In this document: piece by piece, positions 22,762-32,222 of the stretch
Numbering within the stretch: position 1 is the first letter of the stretch
How the letters are laid out: each line of letters opens with the position of its first letter
Assembly (NCBI GenBank): GCA_963815215.1
Contig: CAWFFU010000003.1
Span: forward strand, 928,001 to 992,000
Direction: 5' to 3'
Length of the DNA: 64,000 bases
DNA from: an uncultured Trueperaceae bacterium
Lineage (GTDB): Bacteria; Deinococcota; Deinococci; Deinococcales; Trueperaceae
Made by a program: the position numbers and the translations under genes
Notes under the pieces: model-generated
What the model saw: the letters and a program-made list of their open reading frames with translations, nothing else
Databases searched by the model: none
Told to the model about the DNA's origin: nothing

Positions 22762-24699
22762 ATGACCCATCCTCCACGCCGACGCCGTGACCGACACAGC
22801 GCCTCCCCCCGCCAGTTCCTTCGCGCCGTGGCGTTGGCAGGCTCGCTGGCGTCGGCGCTGGCGGCGTCCGCCGCGGCCGCCCCCCTCACCGCCCTGGCCC
22901 CCGCCTCGACGCTCCTGGCGGTCCACGTCGCGCCGCTGGGCGCCAGCTACCCCGCTCTGTCGGACACGCTGGCCGGCCTCGACACGGCGGGCGCTGCCAC
23001 GACGCTCTCCGAGGTCCTGCGCACCTTCCAGTCCGCGGCTTCGGCGCCCTCGGCCCACGACCCCGAGGCCGCCCGAGCGCTCGCCGCCGCCGCCCGAGCG
23101 CTGCACGGCCGTGGCCTGCACGAGTCCCTGGCAGCGGCCTGCCCGGGCCTCGGCCGGGCGCCGCTCCCCGGCGTTCGGGAGGCCCTGTTCGTGGTGTCCG
23201 CGACGCCCTATGCGCCGGTCCCGGCGGCACTCGTGCTGGCGCGCGTCGCGCCGGGCGCCGGGCCGGCAACCGACGACGCCATCGCCGCCCTGGATCACTG
23301 CTACGCATCGGGGGTTCCCCAGACGCAGGACGGCGTGTCGCTGCGGGAGCTGGCCCTGGGCGACGCCACCATCGCGGTGGCCAGGATCGGTGACGTCGTG
23401 GCGGCCGCAAGCACCGTCGATCTGCTCCGCGCCGCGGTGCGCCTGGCCCACGGGAGCACCGAGCCCAGCCTGGCGAGCCGCGTTCCAGGCGCACTCGCCG
23501 ACTTGAACGGTGCCGGCATCACGGTGAGCATCGATACCGCCGCCATCGCCGGGGTAGTGGGCGCCCTCCCCGGCCTCCCCTCGGACCCGACCGCGCACGC
23601 CGCCCGGGTGCACCTGCAGGACGCGCTCCGCACCGTCCCGCTGATCGCTCTTCAGCTCACGGCACAGCCGTCGGGTCTGGTGCTCCAATCCTGGACCCGC
23701 GTCGATCCCAACGGCGGCGACGGCGCCCTGGCCGCACTGCTGCGCTGCGATCGTTGCCGCGCGCGCCCCAGCCTCCTGGTCCCCGCCGACGCCCTGGCCG
23801 TCGACGCTTCGCCCCTGAGGTTGCAGGCCTGGACGACCTATCTCGCCGGCCTCGCAGACGACGTCGCGGCCGCGGGCGGCGGCCGGATCGATCCGCTGGC
23901 GCTGCTGAAGCAGCAGACCGGCCTCGATCTCGCCAACGATCTCTTCCCCTGGCTCGGCACCGTCGCCACCACCGTGGCGTTGCCCGCCCCGACAGGCACG
24001 CCCCAGGCGCTCCTCGGCGTTCCCGCGCGATTGACCATCGTGCCCGTCGCCTCGCCCGAGCGGGCCGGCGCCGGCCTCGCGCGGCTCGGGCCCGCCCTGG
24101 AGCGCCTCCTGGCACGGTTCTCCGGCACGGGCGGCGGCGCCATCGAGGCCGCCGGACTCGACCCGGCCACCCTGATCGCCACCCGCCATGAACGCTATCG
24201 CGAGGTCGCGATCACGCGCATCCAGGTCGGGCCGAGCACCGATCTGGGCGTGGCCCTGGTCGGCAGTCGCCTGGTACTGGCGTCCCCTTCGGCGGCGTTG
24301 AGGAGCGTGATCGACACCTACCGCGGCGGCCCGACGTTGCACGCCTCTGCCCTGGCCGCAGCCCTGGCAGCCGCCCCGGCCGGATCGCAGGCGGTCTGGG
24401 CCAGCGACGGCGCGGCCATGCTGCGCGGCGTCGCATCGATGCTGCGCGCGCTGTCCCAGCCGGCCGCCTTCGCCGTCCAGTCGGGCCTGGTCGCCGCCCG
24501 CCGGGCCGCAGCTCCGGGTAGCGAAGCGACGGGCGCGACCCCGCCGTCAGCGCAGCCCGATCTCGGACGGCTGCTCGACGCCACCGAGCTCCCCGCCGAC
24601 ACGCTCGACGCCCTGGCGGCGCACCTCGGCGTGACTCGGGGATGGAGCGTGTGGCGCGACGGGGCGCTGGTGCGGCGCTGGTCGCTGCCGATCCGCTAG
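22762..24699 (+). CDS. Large exported hypothetical protein, possibly DUF3352-like
   Basis: Signal peptide, Ala-rich, motif DLANDLFPWLG, 645-aa ORF. Confidence 0.6.
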   Translation: MTHPPRRRRDRHSASPRQFLRAVALAGSLASALAASAAAAPLTALAPASTLLAVHVAPLGASYPALSDTLAGLDTAGAATTLSEVLRTFQSAASAPSAHDPEAARALAAAARALHGRGLHESLAAACPGLGRAPLPGVREALFVVSATPYAPVPAALVLARVAPGAGPATDDAIAALDHCYASGVPQTQDGVSLRELALGDATIAVARIGDVVAAASTVDLLRAAVRLAHGSTEPSLASRVPGALADLNGAGITVSIDTAAIAGVVGALPGLPSDPTAHAARVHLQDALRTVPLIALQLTAQPSGLVLQSWTRVDPNGGDGALAALLRCDRCRARPSLLVPADALAVDASPLRLQAWTTYLAGLADDVAAAGGGRIDPLALLKQQTGLDLANDLFPWLGTVATTVALPAPTGTPQALLGVPARLTIVPVASPERAGAGLARLGPALERLLARFSGTGGGAIEAAGLDPATLIATRHERYREVAITRIQVGPSTDLGVALVGSRLVLASPSAALRSVIDTYRGGPTLHASALAAALAAAPAGSQAVWASDGAAMLRGVASMLRALSQPAAFAVQSGLVAARRAAAPGSEATGATPPSAQPDLGRLLDATELPADTLDALAAHLGVTRGWSVWRDGALVRRWSLPIR

Positions 24700-24708
24700 A
24701 CCAACGAC

Positions 24709-24742
24709 GCACGGGTCGGCCCCATCCGGGGCCGACCCGTGC
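24709..24742. terminator. Bidirectional hairpin between convergent genes
   Basis: Perfect 15-bp inverted repeat GCACGGGTCGGCCCC-ATCC-GGGGCCGACCCGTGC. Confidence 0.75.
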
Positions 24743-24766
24743 CTCATCCTTGCGTTCGCGTCGTGC

Positions 24767-25093
24767 TCAGTTCGTGCGAAGGTACGGCTGCAACCGCGCC
24801 TGGTAGGCGCTCTTGGGCTGCGCGCCGATCATGGTCTCGACCGGCTGCCCGTCCTTGAACAGGATCACCGTCGGGATGCTCATCACCCTGAACTGCATGG
24901 CGACCTGCTGGTTGTCGTCGACGTTCACCTTGCCGACCTTGAGCTTGCCCTCGTAGTCCCCCGCCAGACCCTCGATGACGGGGCTCACCATGCGGCACGG
25001 GCCGCACCACGGCGCCCAGAAATCCACCAGCACCAGGCCGTCCTGGGTCTCGTTCTGGAAGTTGTCGTCGGTCAAGACGTGCGTATCTGCCAT
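24767..25093 (-). CDS. trxA: Thioredoxin
   Basis: DFWAPWCGPC, SIPT. Confidence 0.96.
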   Translation of the reverse strand: MADTHVLTDDNFQNETQDGLVLVDFWAPWCGPCRMVSPVIEGLAGDYEGKLKVGKVNVDDNQQVAMQFRVMSIPTVILFKDGQPVETMIGAQPKSAYQARLQPYLRTN

Positions 25094-25175
25094 GAGTCCT
25101 CCCGGAGCGAAGCGGCGTCGGCCGCCGGCCGAAGCGGTTCGCTACAATCTACGGTCGCGGCGTCGACCGCCGATG

Positions 25176-26336
25176 TCACGTGGTCGACACGGGCCACACG
25201 AACATGGACTCGGCGGGCGCACCGCGCTGCACTCTCGGCGGCGTCAGTCCCAACGCGCGGTAGCCTCCCTTGACCGCGGCGCGCACCAGCGCCTGTGGGC
25301 TCGCCTTGGCGCCGTGGGCCTGCCGGGCGAAGGCGACCTCGTCGGTGACGGCCAGCGACGGGCTCGAGCCGCGCGAATCGGTCCCGAACGCCACGTCCAC
25401 GCCGAACCGTGCGTAGAGCTCCCACGGGAAGCGCCCACACCCCAGCGCCTCGTTCGAGCGAGGACAGTGCACCACCGCGCAGTCGGCGCGTTGCACGGTG
25501 CGCACGTCCTCCTCGTCCACATGCACCATGTGGACCAGGGTGGGGCGCCCGTCGAGCACCCCCAGCGAAGCCAGGTAGCCCACCGGGCTCAGGCCGCTGG
25601 CCCGCCACGTCACCCCGAACGATGCCAGCAGCTCCGCCAGCGCTCCGCCTCCGTCGCGGTGCAGGCGGAGCTCCTCGGCGCTCTCGGCCACGTGGATCTG
25701 CATCGGCAACGCCTCGGCCCGGGCGAGCGCGGCCAGTCCCTGCAACAGCGGCGCGCTGACGGTGTGGGGCGTGTGCGGGCTGAGGCCGACGCGCATGCCG
25801 CCGGGCCGTTCGAGCTCCCGGAAGGCGGCGAGGCGCGACCGCGTTCGCTCGACGATGTGCTCGGCGTCCGCGGGGTCGGGCCCGATGACCTCCCAGTACG
25901 CGACCCCGGCGACGTCGGTCCGCTGCAGCAGGTGGCGCATGACCGCTTCGTCGGTGACGATGTCGCCGATCACGCGCACGCCGCCCCGCACCACCTCGTC
26001 CAGGCCTCTTTGCGCGGCCTCGACGCCTCCCGGCGCTTCCCGCCGGTGGCGGATGACCGCCCGGATGAAGTCCTGGTAGCTGCCCGCGCTGTAGGGCATG
26101 TCGCTGAGATCGAGGTGGGTGTGGGCGTTGACGGGCGGAGGGGACACCGCGAAGCCGGCGTCCTCCAGACGGGCGTCCGGGAATGCCTCCCGCGCCCGAA
26201 GGGCGCTGTCGACCGCGATGACCTGGCGCCGGCTGCCGTCGTTCTGCACGACCACCGCGCCGTCGGCGCGAGGCGTGCCGAGCCCGTTGTAGACGACCTG
26301 TGCCTGCAGGATGGTGCGCTGCAGTAGGCGGCTCAA
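25176..26336 (-). CDS. Amidohydrolase, probable aminodeoxyfutalosine deaminase
   Basis: NAHTHL, SPHTPHTVS, HVAES, HCPRSN, GTDS; start overlaps the mqnC stop. Confidence 0.8.
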   Translation of the reverse strand: MSRLLQRTILQAQVVYNGLGTPRADGAVVVQNDGSRRQVIAVDSALRAREAFPDARLEDAGFAVSPPPVNAHTHLDLSDMPYSAGSYQDFIRAVIRHRREAPGGVEAAQRGLDEVVRGGVRVIGDIVTDEAVMRHLLQRTDVAGVAYWEVIGPDPADAEHIVERTRSRLAAFRELERPGGMRVGLSPHTPHTVSAPLLQGLAALARAEALPMQIHVAESAEELRLHRDGGGALAELLASFGVTWRASGLSPVGYLASLGVLDGRPTLVHMVHVDEEDVRTVQRADCAVVHCPRSNEALGCGRFPWELYARFGVDVAFGTDSRGSSPSLAVTDEVAFARQAHGAKASPQALVRAAVKGGYRALGLTPPRVQRGAPAESMFVWPVSTT

Positions 26337-27499
26337 GGCACGGCGGCCGCGTCGTGCTCCGTGCCGGCTTGAACCGTTCCGCCGTCCGGGGCAACCGCCA
26401 ACAGGGCGTCGACATCGGGGTGCCGCACGATGCCGTAGAGGCTGTCGCGCTGCGCCGGCCGGTAGCCGGCATCGACGATCTGGCGCACGATCTCGCGCTC
26501 CGGAGTGGAGCGGTGCCGGGCACCCGCCTGCGACACCACGTTCTCCTCCAGCATGGTGCTCCCGAAGTCGTTGCAGCCGAAGCTGAGGGCGGTCTGGGCG
26601 ACCTTGTAGCCCATGGTGGGCCAGGACGCCTGGAAGTTCGGGATGGTATCGAGCAGCAACCGGCTCACGGCCACGTTCTGGAGGTACTCGTGCGCGCCGG
26701 CTCCCGGGGCCCGTCCCTGGATCCGCACGCCCTGGGTCTGCAGCGTCCAGGAGATGAACGCCGAGAATCCGTTCCCGTGCGTGGCCAGCGCGCGATCCTG
26801 CTGATCGCGGATGCGCATCATGCTCTGCACACGCTGCTCGGCCGTCTCACCGAAACCGATCACCATCGTGGCGGTGGTGTACAGGCCCAGCTCCTGGGCG
26901 TCGCCCATGATGGCGATCCATTCGTCGGCGGCGATGCGGCCGGGAGCGACATGCCCGGCGTGCCGGACCTCGTCGACCAGGATCTCGCCGCCGCCGCCGG
27001 GCAGGCCGTCGAGGCCGGCGGCCTGGAGCTCGACGAGCACCTCCCGGCTGCTCATGCCGGTGAGGCCGGCCAGACCCTTGATCTCCTCGGGGCTGAAGGC
27101 CTCGATGCGCACCGATGGGTGGCGCTCCTTGAGGAAACGCATGAGGTCGACGTACCAGCTGAGTGGGAGGTAGCGATTGACGCCTCCCTGCATGAGGATG
27201 CGGGTACCGCCGACCGCCTCGAGCTCGGTCACCTTGGCGGAGATGGCGTCGTAACTCAGGGTGTAGGCGTCGTCCTGGCGCCGCGTCCGGTAGAAGCCGC
27301 AGAAGCTGCAGCCGACCGAACACACGTTGGAGTAGTTGATGTTGCGGTCGATCAGGTAGGTCACGACCTCCGGATCGGTACGCATGCCGCGCACGGCGTC
27401 GGCGGCAGACGCCAGCGCGAACAACGGAGAGCGGTAGAGACCGGCGGCCTCATCGGGCGTCAGACGCCGTCCTGTTGCCGCCTTCTGGAGCACGTCCAT
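26333..27499 (-). CDS. mqnC: Cyclic dehypoxanthine futalosine synthase (radical SAM)
   Basis: DRNINYSNVCSVGCSFCGF, ILMQGG, PGGGGEIL, NDFGSTMLEENVV. Confidence 0.9.
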   Translation of the reverse strand: MDVLQKAATGRRLTPDEAAGLYRSPLFALASAADAVRGMRTDPEVVTYLIDRNINYSNVCSVGCSFCGFYRTRRQDDAYTLSYDAISAKVTELEAVGGTRILMQGGVNRYLPLSWYVDLMRFLKERHPSVRIEAFSPEEIKGLAGLTGMSSREVLVELQAAGLDGLPGGGGEILVDEVRHAGHVAPGRIAADEWIAIMGDAQELGLYTTATMVIGFGETAEQRVQSMMRIRDQQDRALATHGNGFSAFISWTLQTQGVRIQGRAPGAGAHEYLQNVAVSRLLLDTIPNFQASWPTMGYKVAQTALSFGCNDFGSTMLEENVVSQAGARHRSTPEREIVRQIVDAGYRPAQRDSLYGIVRHPDVDALLAVAPDGGTVQAGTEHDAAAVP

Positions 27500-27625
27500 G
27501 CCCACGAGCATAGCACCGCCCTGCGGCCGGCTCCGGGTCCGCCCCTACCCGCCCGGCGCGCCTGGGGTCGGGCCGCGGCGACCATCTGTGTACTTGTTTA
27601 CCCGACCGCGATAACATGACACACG

Positions 27626-30600
27626 ATGATCTCCGATCCCCCCGACGAGCACGCCAGCCCCTGGCGCCCCATCTTCGAAGCCGTGCGCAGGACGGTCGGG
27701 CACAAGCGCGACGCCAACGGCGTACTCGGAAGCATCAACTGGCTCCGCAAGGAGATGGAACGCCGGGGCGCCAATCCCAACGTGGTGCGCAACATCATCT
27801 ACCGGGACAAGGGCAAGCTCGCCGACAAGCGCGTGCTGTTCGAGATCCTTGGCGAGCTCTGGACCACCACCGGCCAGCCGCCGCTGCGCGCGCCGGAGCT
27901 CGAGGTGCTGCTCTCCCCCGGCAGCTCGGCCGAGCAGGAGGTCCTGCAGCTCCTCGGTCGCGAGAAGCGGCGCGCCTACCGGAGCTTCGTCGGCGGCGTG
28001 CGTAGCGGCGAGACCCCCCACCTGCTCATCACCGGCCGCCCCGGCTCTGGCAAGACGCTGCTGGCCGACTACATCCAGCAGGCGCTCGAGATCCAACCGC
28101 GCGCGGCCGACCGTATCGTGCGCCTCGAGTTCTCCTCCAGCGACCTGGCCGGCGCCCTGAGCCGCCTGGCCCAGGCGCTGGGCGTGCCGCACGAGCTCAT
28201 CGAGTCGAAGCTGTTGCGCATCGGCAGCTCCAGCGCCTTCGCGGTCCAGGCCGACGCCCAGGCCGAGGTGGCGCGCGTCATCATCGAGGCCGGTCGCCAG
28301 ACGGCGGGTCGGACGGTGTTCCTGTTGCACGTGTCGCAGTCGATGGCGGGCCAGGACAGCCTCGGTATGGTGCCGCTTCGGCTCAACACCCCCGAGGTCC
28401 CGCGCGTGAGTGCGTCGGAGTGGTTGTGGCTGTCGCTGTTCGAGCCACTCAGCCGGCTCCCGGAGGCCGCCGTGCTGGCGAGCATGGCCGACGTGCCGGC
28501 CCGAGCGATGCAGCGCCTGGGCGCGTTCGAGGGTCCGATCAAGCTCACGCCCCCCACCACCGCCGAAGCGCGACGCTTCGTCAAGGCGCGGTTGCCGCAT
28601 CTGTCGCCTTCCCAGCAGGAGGACATCGTGCAGCGGGCCGGCCGCTCGTTCGAGGAGCTGCGGACCCTCACGTTGCTGGCGGAGGTGCGCGAGCCGGTCG
28701 GCGAGGCCGCCTTCGAGGGCAGCCAGCTCTCAATCGAGCAGCTCAGCAAGCTGGTCGACGTCTCCGGCGACGCGCACCTGCGCGACTTCCTCTCGGCCCT
28801 GGCCGCGCTCTCCATCCCCGAGTTCCCCACCTTCAGCGTGGACATCCTGTTGGGGCTGCGTCAGGACGCCGCCAAGGGCCTCAATGCCTTCGAGCTCGCC
28901 TTCCTGGATCAGGTGCCCGGCGACGCGTCCAGCTTCCGCTGCTTCTCACGGCAGCTCGCACGCGCTCTGCGCCTGCGCCTCCAGGAGGCCGATCCCGACC
29001 GCTACCGGGCGCTCAACCGGAAGGCCGCCGAGGCCTACCTGGAGGCTGCCTGGGCGGACCCGGCCAGCGAGAGCGCCTCGCGCTTCCTCCACCATGTGTT
29101 CGAGGCGCGCGACTGGGACACCATGGCCGCCTGGCTGCAGCAGCACAGCATCCAGCAGTCACTGGTCCGTCGCATCTGGCACGCCGCCGCACAGGAGCTG
29201 AGCGGCAGTCCGGCCTTCCACGACATCGCTCGGCAGGTCGCCGCCCATTACGTGAAGCTGGGCAGCTACGATCACGCCGACGCCCTCAGCGCGTTCGAAG
29301 AGCTCGCCCATTCCGAGGACGCCGACGTCCGCGCTTGGACGACACTCAAGCGCGCGGAAGGCGAGGTCCTCAAAGGGCGCTTCGAGCAGGCCGAGCGCCT
29401 GCTGGAGTGTTGCCCCGGCACGACCGTGCCCCTGTTGCGCGTCGAGGTGGCGTTGGTGCGCGCCAGCATCGCGCGCTGGCGCAGCGATCTCGACGAAGCC
29501 GCGCGCCTCGTCGGCGAGGATGCCCGCAAGGCGTTGGAGCGAGTGACCGACAACGACAGCGCCAGCACCCTGGCGCGCACCAAGGTCTCGGTGTGGGCGG
29601 GCCTGATCGCCAAGGATCGCGGCGATCTGGAGGGCGCCCTGCGCGAGCTCGACCGCGTCGACTCCGATGAGGACCTCATCCGGGCCCGGCTCGCCTTCCA
29701 GAAGGGCGACGTGTGCCTGAAGCTCGGGCGCTTCGACCAGGCGCGGCGTGAGCTCGATCTGGCCGTGGAGCTCGGCTACCGCTCCGAAGCGCTGGTGCAG
29801 GAGCAGACGCGTTACCTGTCGCGCCGCGGCACGCTCCACCGCCGCATGGGCAATCTCTCGAGCGCGCGAAAGGACTTCGCGGCCGCTCGCGACATCCTGG
29901 AGCTGGCCGACGCCGAGCCCATCGAGCGCAACTTCTGGATCGCCAAGGTCGACGACGAAGCTGCGCTGGCGCTGCTGGCCGAGGGCGCCTTCGAGGAGGC
30001 GACTTTCACGCTGGCGCGCAACATCGAACGGTTCCGGCACTACGCCGACGTTCTGGAGGTGGACGCCGGATACCGGGTGCTGCGCACCACGCTACGCATC
30101 GGCCTGGCGTACGCCTGCCGCGGGCTGGCCCAGCCATTGCGGTTGCCGCTGCCGGTGCTGCCACTGCCCGAGACCGACCAACCCGACCTGCGGCACGCCC
30201 GCCAGAGCATCGGCGAGGTGCTCTCGACCCTCGACGACAAACCCGATCGAGAGCTGCACGGCGTGCTCTTCCGCCAGGCTCACCTGCACGCAAGCCTGGT
30301 GGCCGCTCGGCCCGAGGACGCACTGATGCACGCGGAGCGAGCGATCGAAGTGTCGCGCTTCGAGTACCAGCGCGCCGAGGCCCTCGCCGCCGCGGTGGCC
30401 GCGCACCTGCGCATGGGCGACGCGACCGGCGCCGACCGGGTCCTGGGCAAGGGTGAGGCCGCGCTGGTGGCCGCCCTGCCCGACGGCGACGCGCGCGAGC
30501 GTGGTGACCTGGGCCTGCGCGCCCAGTATGCGGCCCTGGCGGGCGCCACGCAGCTCCTGCGCGGCGCCTCCGCGGACGCAGCGGAGCGGCTCGCCAGCGC

Positions 30601-30823
30601 ACTCGAGGATCCGGATCTCAGCGCCTACCACGAGGGTCTGCTGCGCGCCTTCGGTGAGGGAGCCGAGCGCGTGCCCGCAGGCGACGGCGCTTGGCGCGCG
30701 CACGCCCGACTCGGGGCCCTGCTGGGCCTCGATGAACGCCCGGACGTCGGCCCGGCCCGCCTGCCCGACGCCCTGGTCGCGCGCTGGCGCGACCGCCGAC
30801 ACCTACCGGTATCCCTCCCGTGA
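27626..30823 (+). CDS. Large multidomain protein: N-terminal HTH-like domain, STAND-type P-loop NTPase, TPR repeats
   Basis: LLGREK (hhGRE motif), Walker A GRPGSGKT at aa 137-144, helical arm RYRALNRKAAEAY, TPR-like repeats (GRFEQAERLL, GDLEGAL, GRFDQARREL, GNLSSARKDF). Confidence 0.8.
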   Translation: MISDPPDEHASPWRPIFEAVRRTVGHKRDANGVLGSINWLRKEMERRGANPNVVRNIIYRDKGKLADKRVLFEILGELWTTTGQPPLRAPELEVLLSPGSSAEQEVLQLLGREKRRAYRSFVGGVRSGETPHLLITGRPGSGKTLLADYIQQALEIQPRAADRIVRLEFSSSDLAGALSRLAQALGVPHELIESKLLRIGSSSAFAVQADAQAEVARVIIEAGRQTAGRTVFLLHVSQSMAGQDSLGMVPLRLNTPEVPRVSASEWLWLSLFEPLSRLPEAAVLASMADVPARAMQRLGAFEGPIKLTPPTTAEARRFVKARLPHLSPSQQEDIVQRAGRSFEELRTLTLLAEVREPVGEAAFEGSQLSIEQLSKLVDVSGDAHLRDFLSALAALSIPEFPTFSVDILLGLRQDAAKGLNAFELAFLDQVPGDASSFRCFSRQLARALRLRLQEADPDRYRALNRKAAEAYLEAAWADPASESASRFLHHVFEARDWDTMAAWLQQHSIQQSLVRRIWHAAAQELSGSPAFHDIARQVAAHYVKLGSYDHADALSAFEELAHSEDADVRAWTTLKRAEGEVLKGRFEQAERLLECCPGTTVPLLRVEVALVRASIARWRSDLDEAARLVGEDARKALERVTDNDSASTLARTKVSVWAGLIAKDRGDLEGALRELDRVDSDEDLIRARLAFQKGDVCLKLGRFDQARRELDLAVELGYRSEALVQEQTRYLSRRGTLHRRMGNLSSARKDFAAARDILELADAEPIERNFWIAKVDDEAALALLAEGAFEEATFTLARNIERFRHYADVLEVDAGYRVLRTTLRIGLAYACRGLAQPLRLPLPVLPLPETDQPDLRHARQSIGEVLSTLDDKPDRELHGVLFRQAHLHASLVAARPEDALMHAERAIEVSRFEYQRAEALAAAVAAHLRMGDATGADRVLGKGEAALVAALPDGDARERGDLGLRAQYAALAGATQLLRGASADAAERLASALEDPDLSAYHEGLLRAFGEGAERVPAGDGAWRAHARLGALLGLDERPDVGPARLPDALVARWRDRRHLPVSLP

Positions 30824-30836
30824 CCGCGGGCCTCCC

Positions 30837-31451
30837 GTGACCGAGGCCGCCACCGGCCCGTCCGCCGGGACGGCCAGCATCGTGGTGTGCCTCACCCCCG
30901 AGGCCCTCGGAGGCCTGCAGCCCCACCCGGCGATCGACATGTTCCGACCCGCCGCCAAGCAGCACCAGGCCCTCATCGGCATCGCCCGCGACGCCCAGTC
31001 GTGCGTGAGCGTCGCCGTGGATGAGAGCCGGATGGTCGCCTACGCGGCGTTCCACCCGCCGTCGGATGTGGAGTCGTGGGGTGAGGATCGCACCGGAAGG
31101 ATCATCGAACTTGGCGCCGTCGAGGTCGCGCCGCCGTATCGGGGCCAGCGCCTGGCCGAACGCCTGCTGGCGGCGAGCTTCGAAGGCGGGCGCTTCGAAG
31201 ACACCGTGGTGTTCGCCACCATGTACGTGTGGCACTACGACCTCAAGCGCACCGGGCTGAACGACTTCGCCTACAAGCGGCTGCTGGAGCGTCTGTACCG
31301 CAGCGCCGGCTTCGAGACCTTCAACACCGCCGACGCCGAGGTCCGCAGCAGCTCCGCCAACCAGCTCATGGCGCGCATCGGCACCCACGCCGATCCGGCC
31401 GTGGTGGAGGAGTTCCACCGGCTCCGGACCCGCCCGCGCTTCTTCGGCTGA
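30837..31451 (+). CDS. acuA: AcuA-like GNAT protein acetyltransferase
   Basis: FRPAAKQHQAL, IIELGAVEVAPPYRGQRLA, YVWHYDL, ANQLMARIG. Confidence 0.85.
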   Translation: MTEAATGPSAGTASIVVCLTPEALGGLQPHPAIDMFRPAAKQHQALIGIARDAQSCVSVAVDESRMVAYAAFHPPSDVESWGEDRTGRIIELGAVEVAPPYRGQRLAERLLAASFEGGRFEDTVVFATMYVWHYDLKRTGLNDFAYKRLLERLYRSAGFETFNTADAEVRSSSANQLMARIGTHADPAVVEEFHRLRTRPRFFG

Positions 31452-31535
31452 GTCCGGCCGCCGTCCCGCTTTGCGGTGAGGCGGTACCATCGGGAGGGCG
31501 GGCGCGCCGAGCGGGCTCGGGCTTCGGAGGGCACC

Positions 31536-32222
31536 ATGCTGGTACAGGACATCATGACGCGGCAGGTGGTCGCCATCGGTCCGGACATGCCGATCCGCGA
31601 CGTGAACGCGCTGATGGATCAGCGCAACATCCGCCACTTCCCCATCCTCGAGAACGTCGGCAAGGGGCCGGCCCGTACCAGCCCGGAGAAGGACGAGGAC
31701 ACCGTCGACCGGCTGGTCGGCATCGTGTCCGATCGCGATCTGCGCCTGGTCGGCGCCGACCACCCGATGGCCCCGGCCGGCGTGTCTGCGGTGGATCCGG
31801 TACGTCGTGTGATGGTCGCACCCGTCCTCACGGCGCACCCCCTCGACCCCATCGAGGAGACCGCCAAGACGCTGCGCGAGCACAAGATCGGCGCCATGCC
31901 CGTGATGGACGGAGATCGACTGGTCGGTATCGTCACCGGCATCGACATGCTCGACGCCCTGGTGCGCATGTCCGGCGTGTACGAAGCGGCGACCCGGCTG
32001 GAGGTGGAGGTGCCCAACCGGCCCGGCGCGCTGGCCGCCCTGCTGGCCGCCATCGCCGAGCGCCGCCACAACGTTTCCAGCGTGATGACCTCACGTGCCG
32101 ACGCTGAGAGCGTCACCTTCGTGCTGCGGGTGAACACGGTCGACGGTCGTCGTCTGGCCGAGTACCTGCGGAGCGAGGGCTTCGTGATCCTGTGGCCGGT
32201 CGACAGGGCCACCGAGCCGTGA
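31536..32222 (+). CDS. acuB: AcuB-like CBS-CBS-ACT protein
   Basis: MLVQDIMT, LVGIVSDRDL, KIGAMPV, ACT domain VPNRPGALA. Confidence 0.85.
   Translation: MLVQDIMTRQVVAIGPDMPIRDVNALMDQRNIRHFPILENVGKGPARTSPEKDEDTVDRLVGIVSDRDLRLVGADHPMAPAGVSAVDPVRRVMVAPVLTAHPLDPIEETAKTLREHKIGAMPVMDGDRLVGIVTGIDMLDALVRMSGVYEAATRLEVEVPNRPGALAALLAAIAERRHNVSSVMTSRADAESVTFVLRVNTVDGRRLAEYLRSEGFVILWPVDRATEP

Noticed and set aside
27626..30823. STAND-TPR protein as an Avs-type anti-phage system
   Set aside because: No nuclease, TIR, SIR2 or protease effector recognisable, host-like codon usage and metabolic rather than defence-island context; not fully excluded
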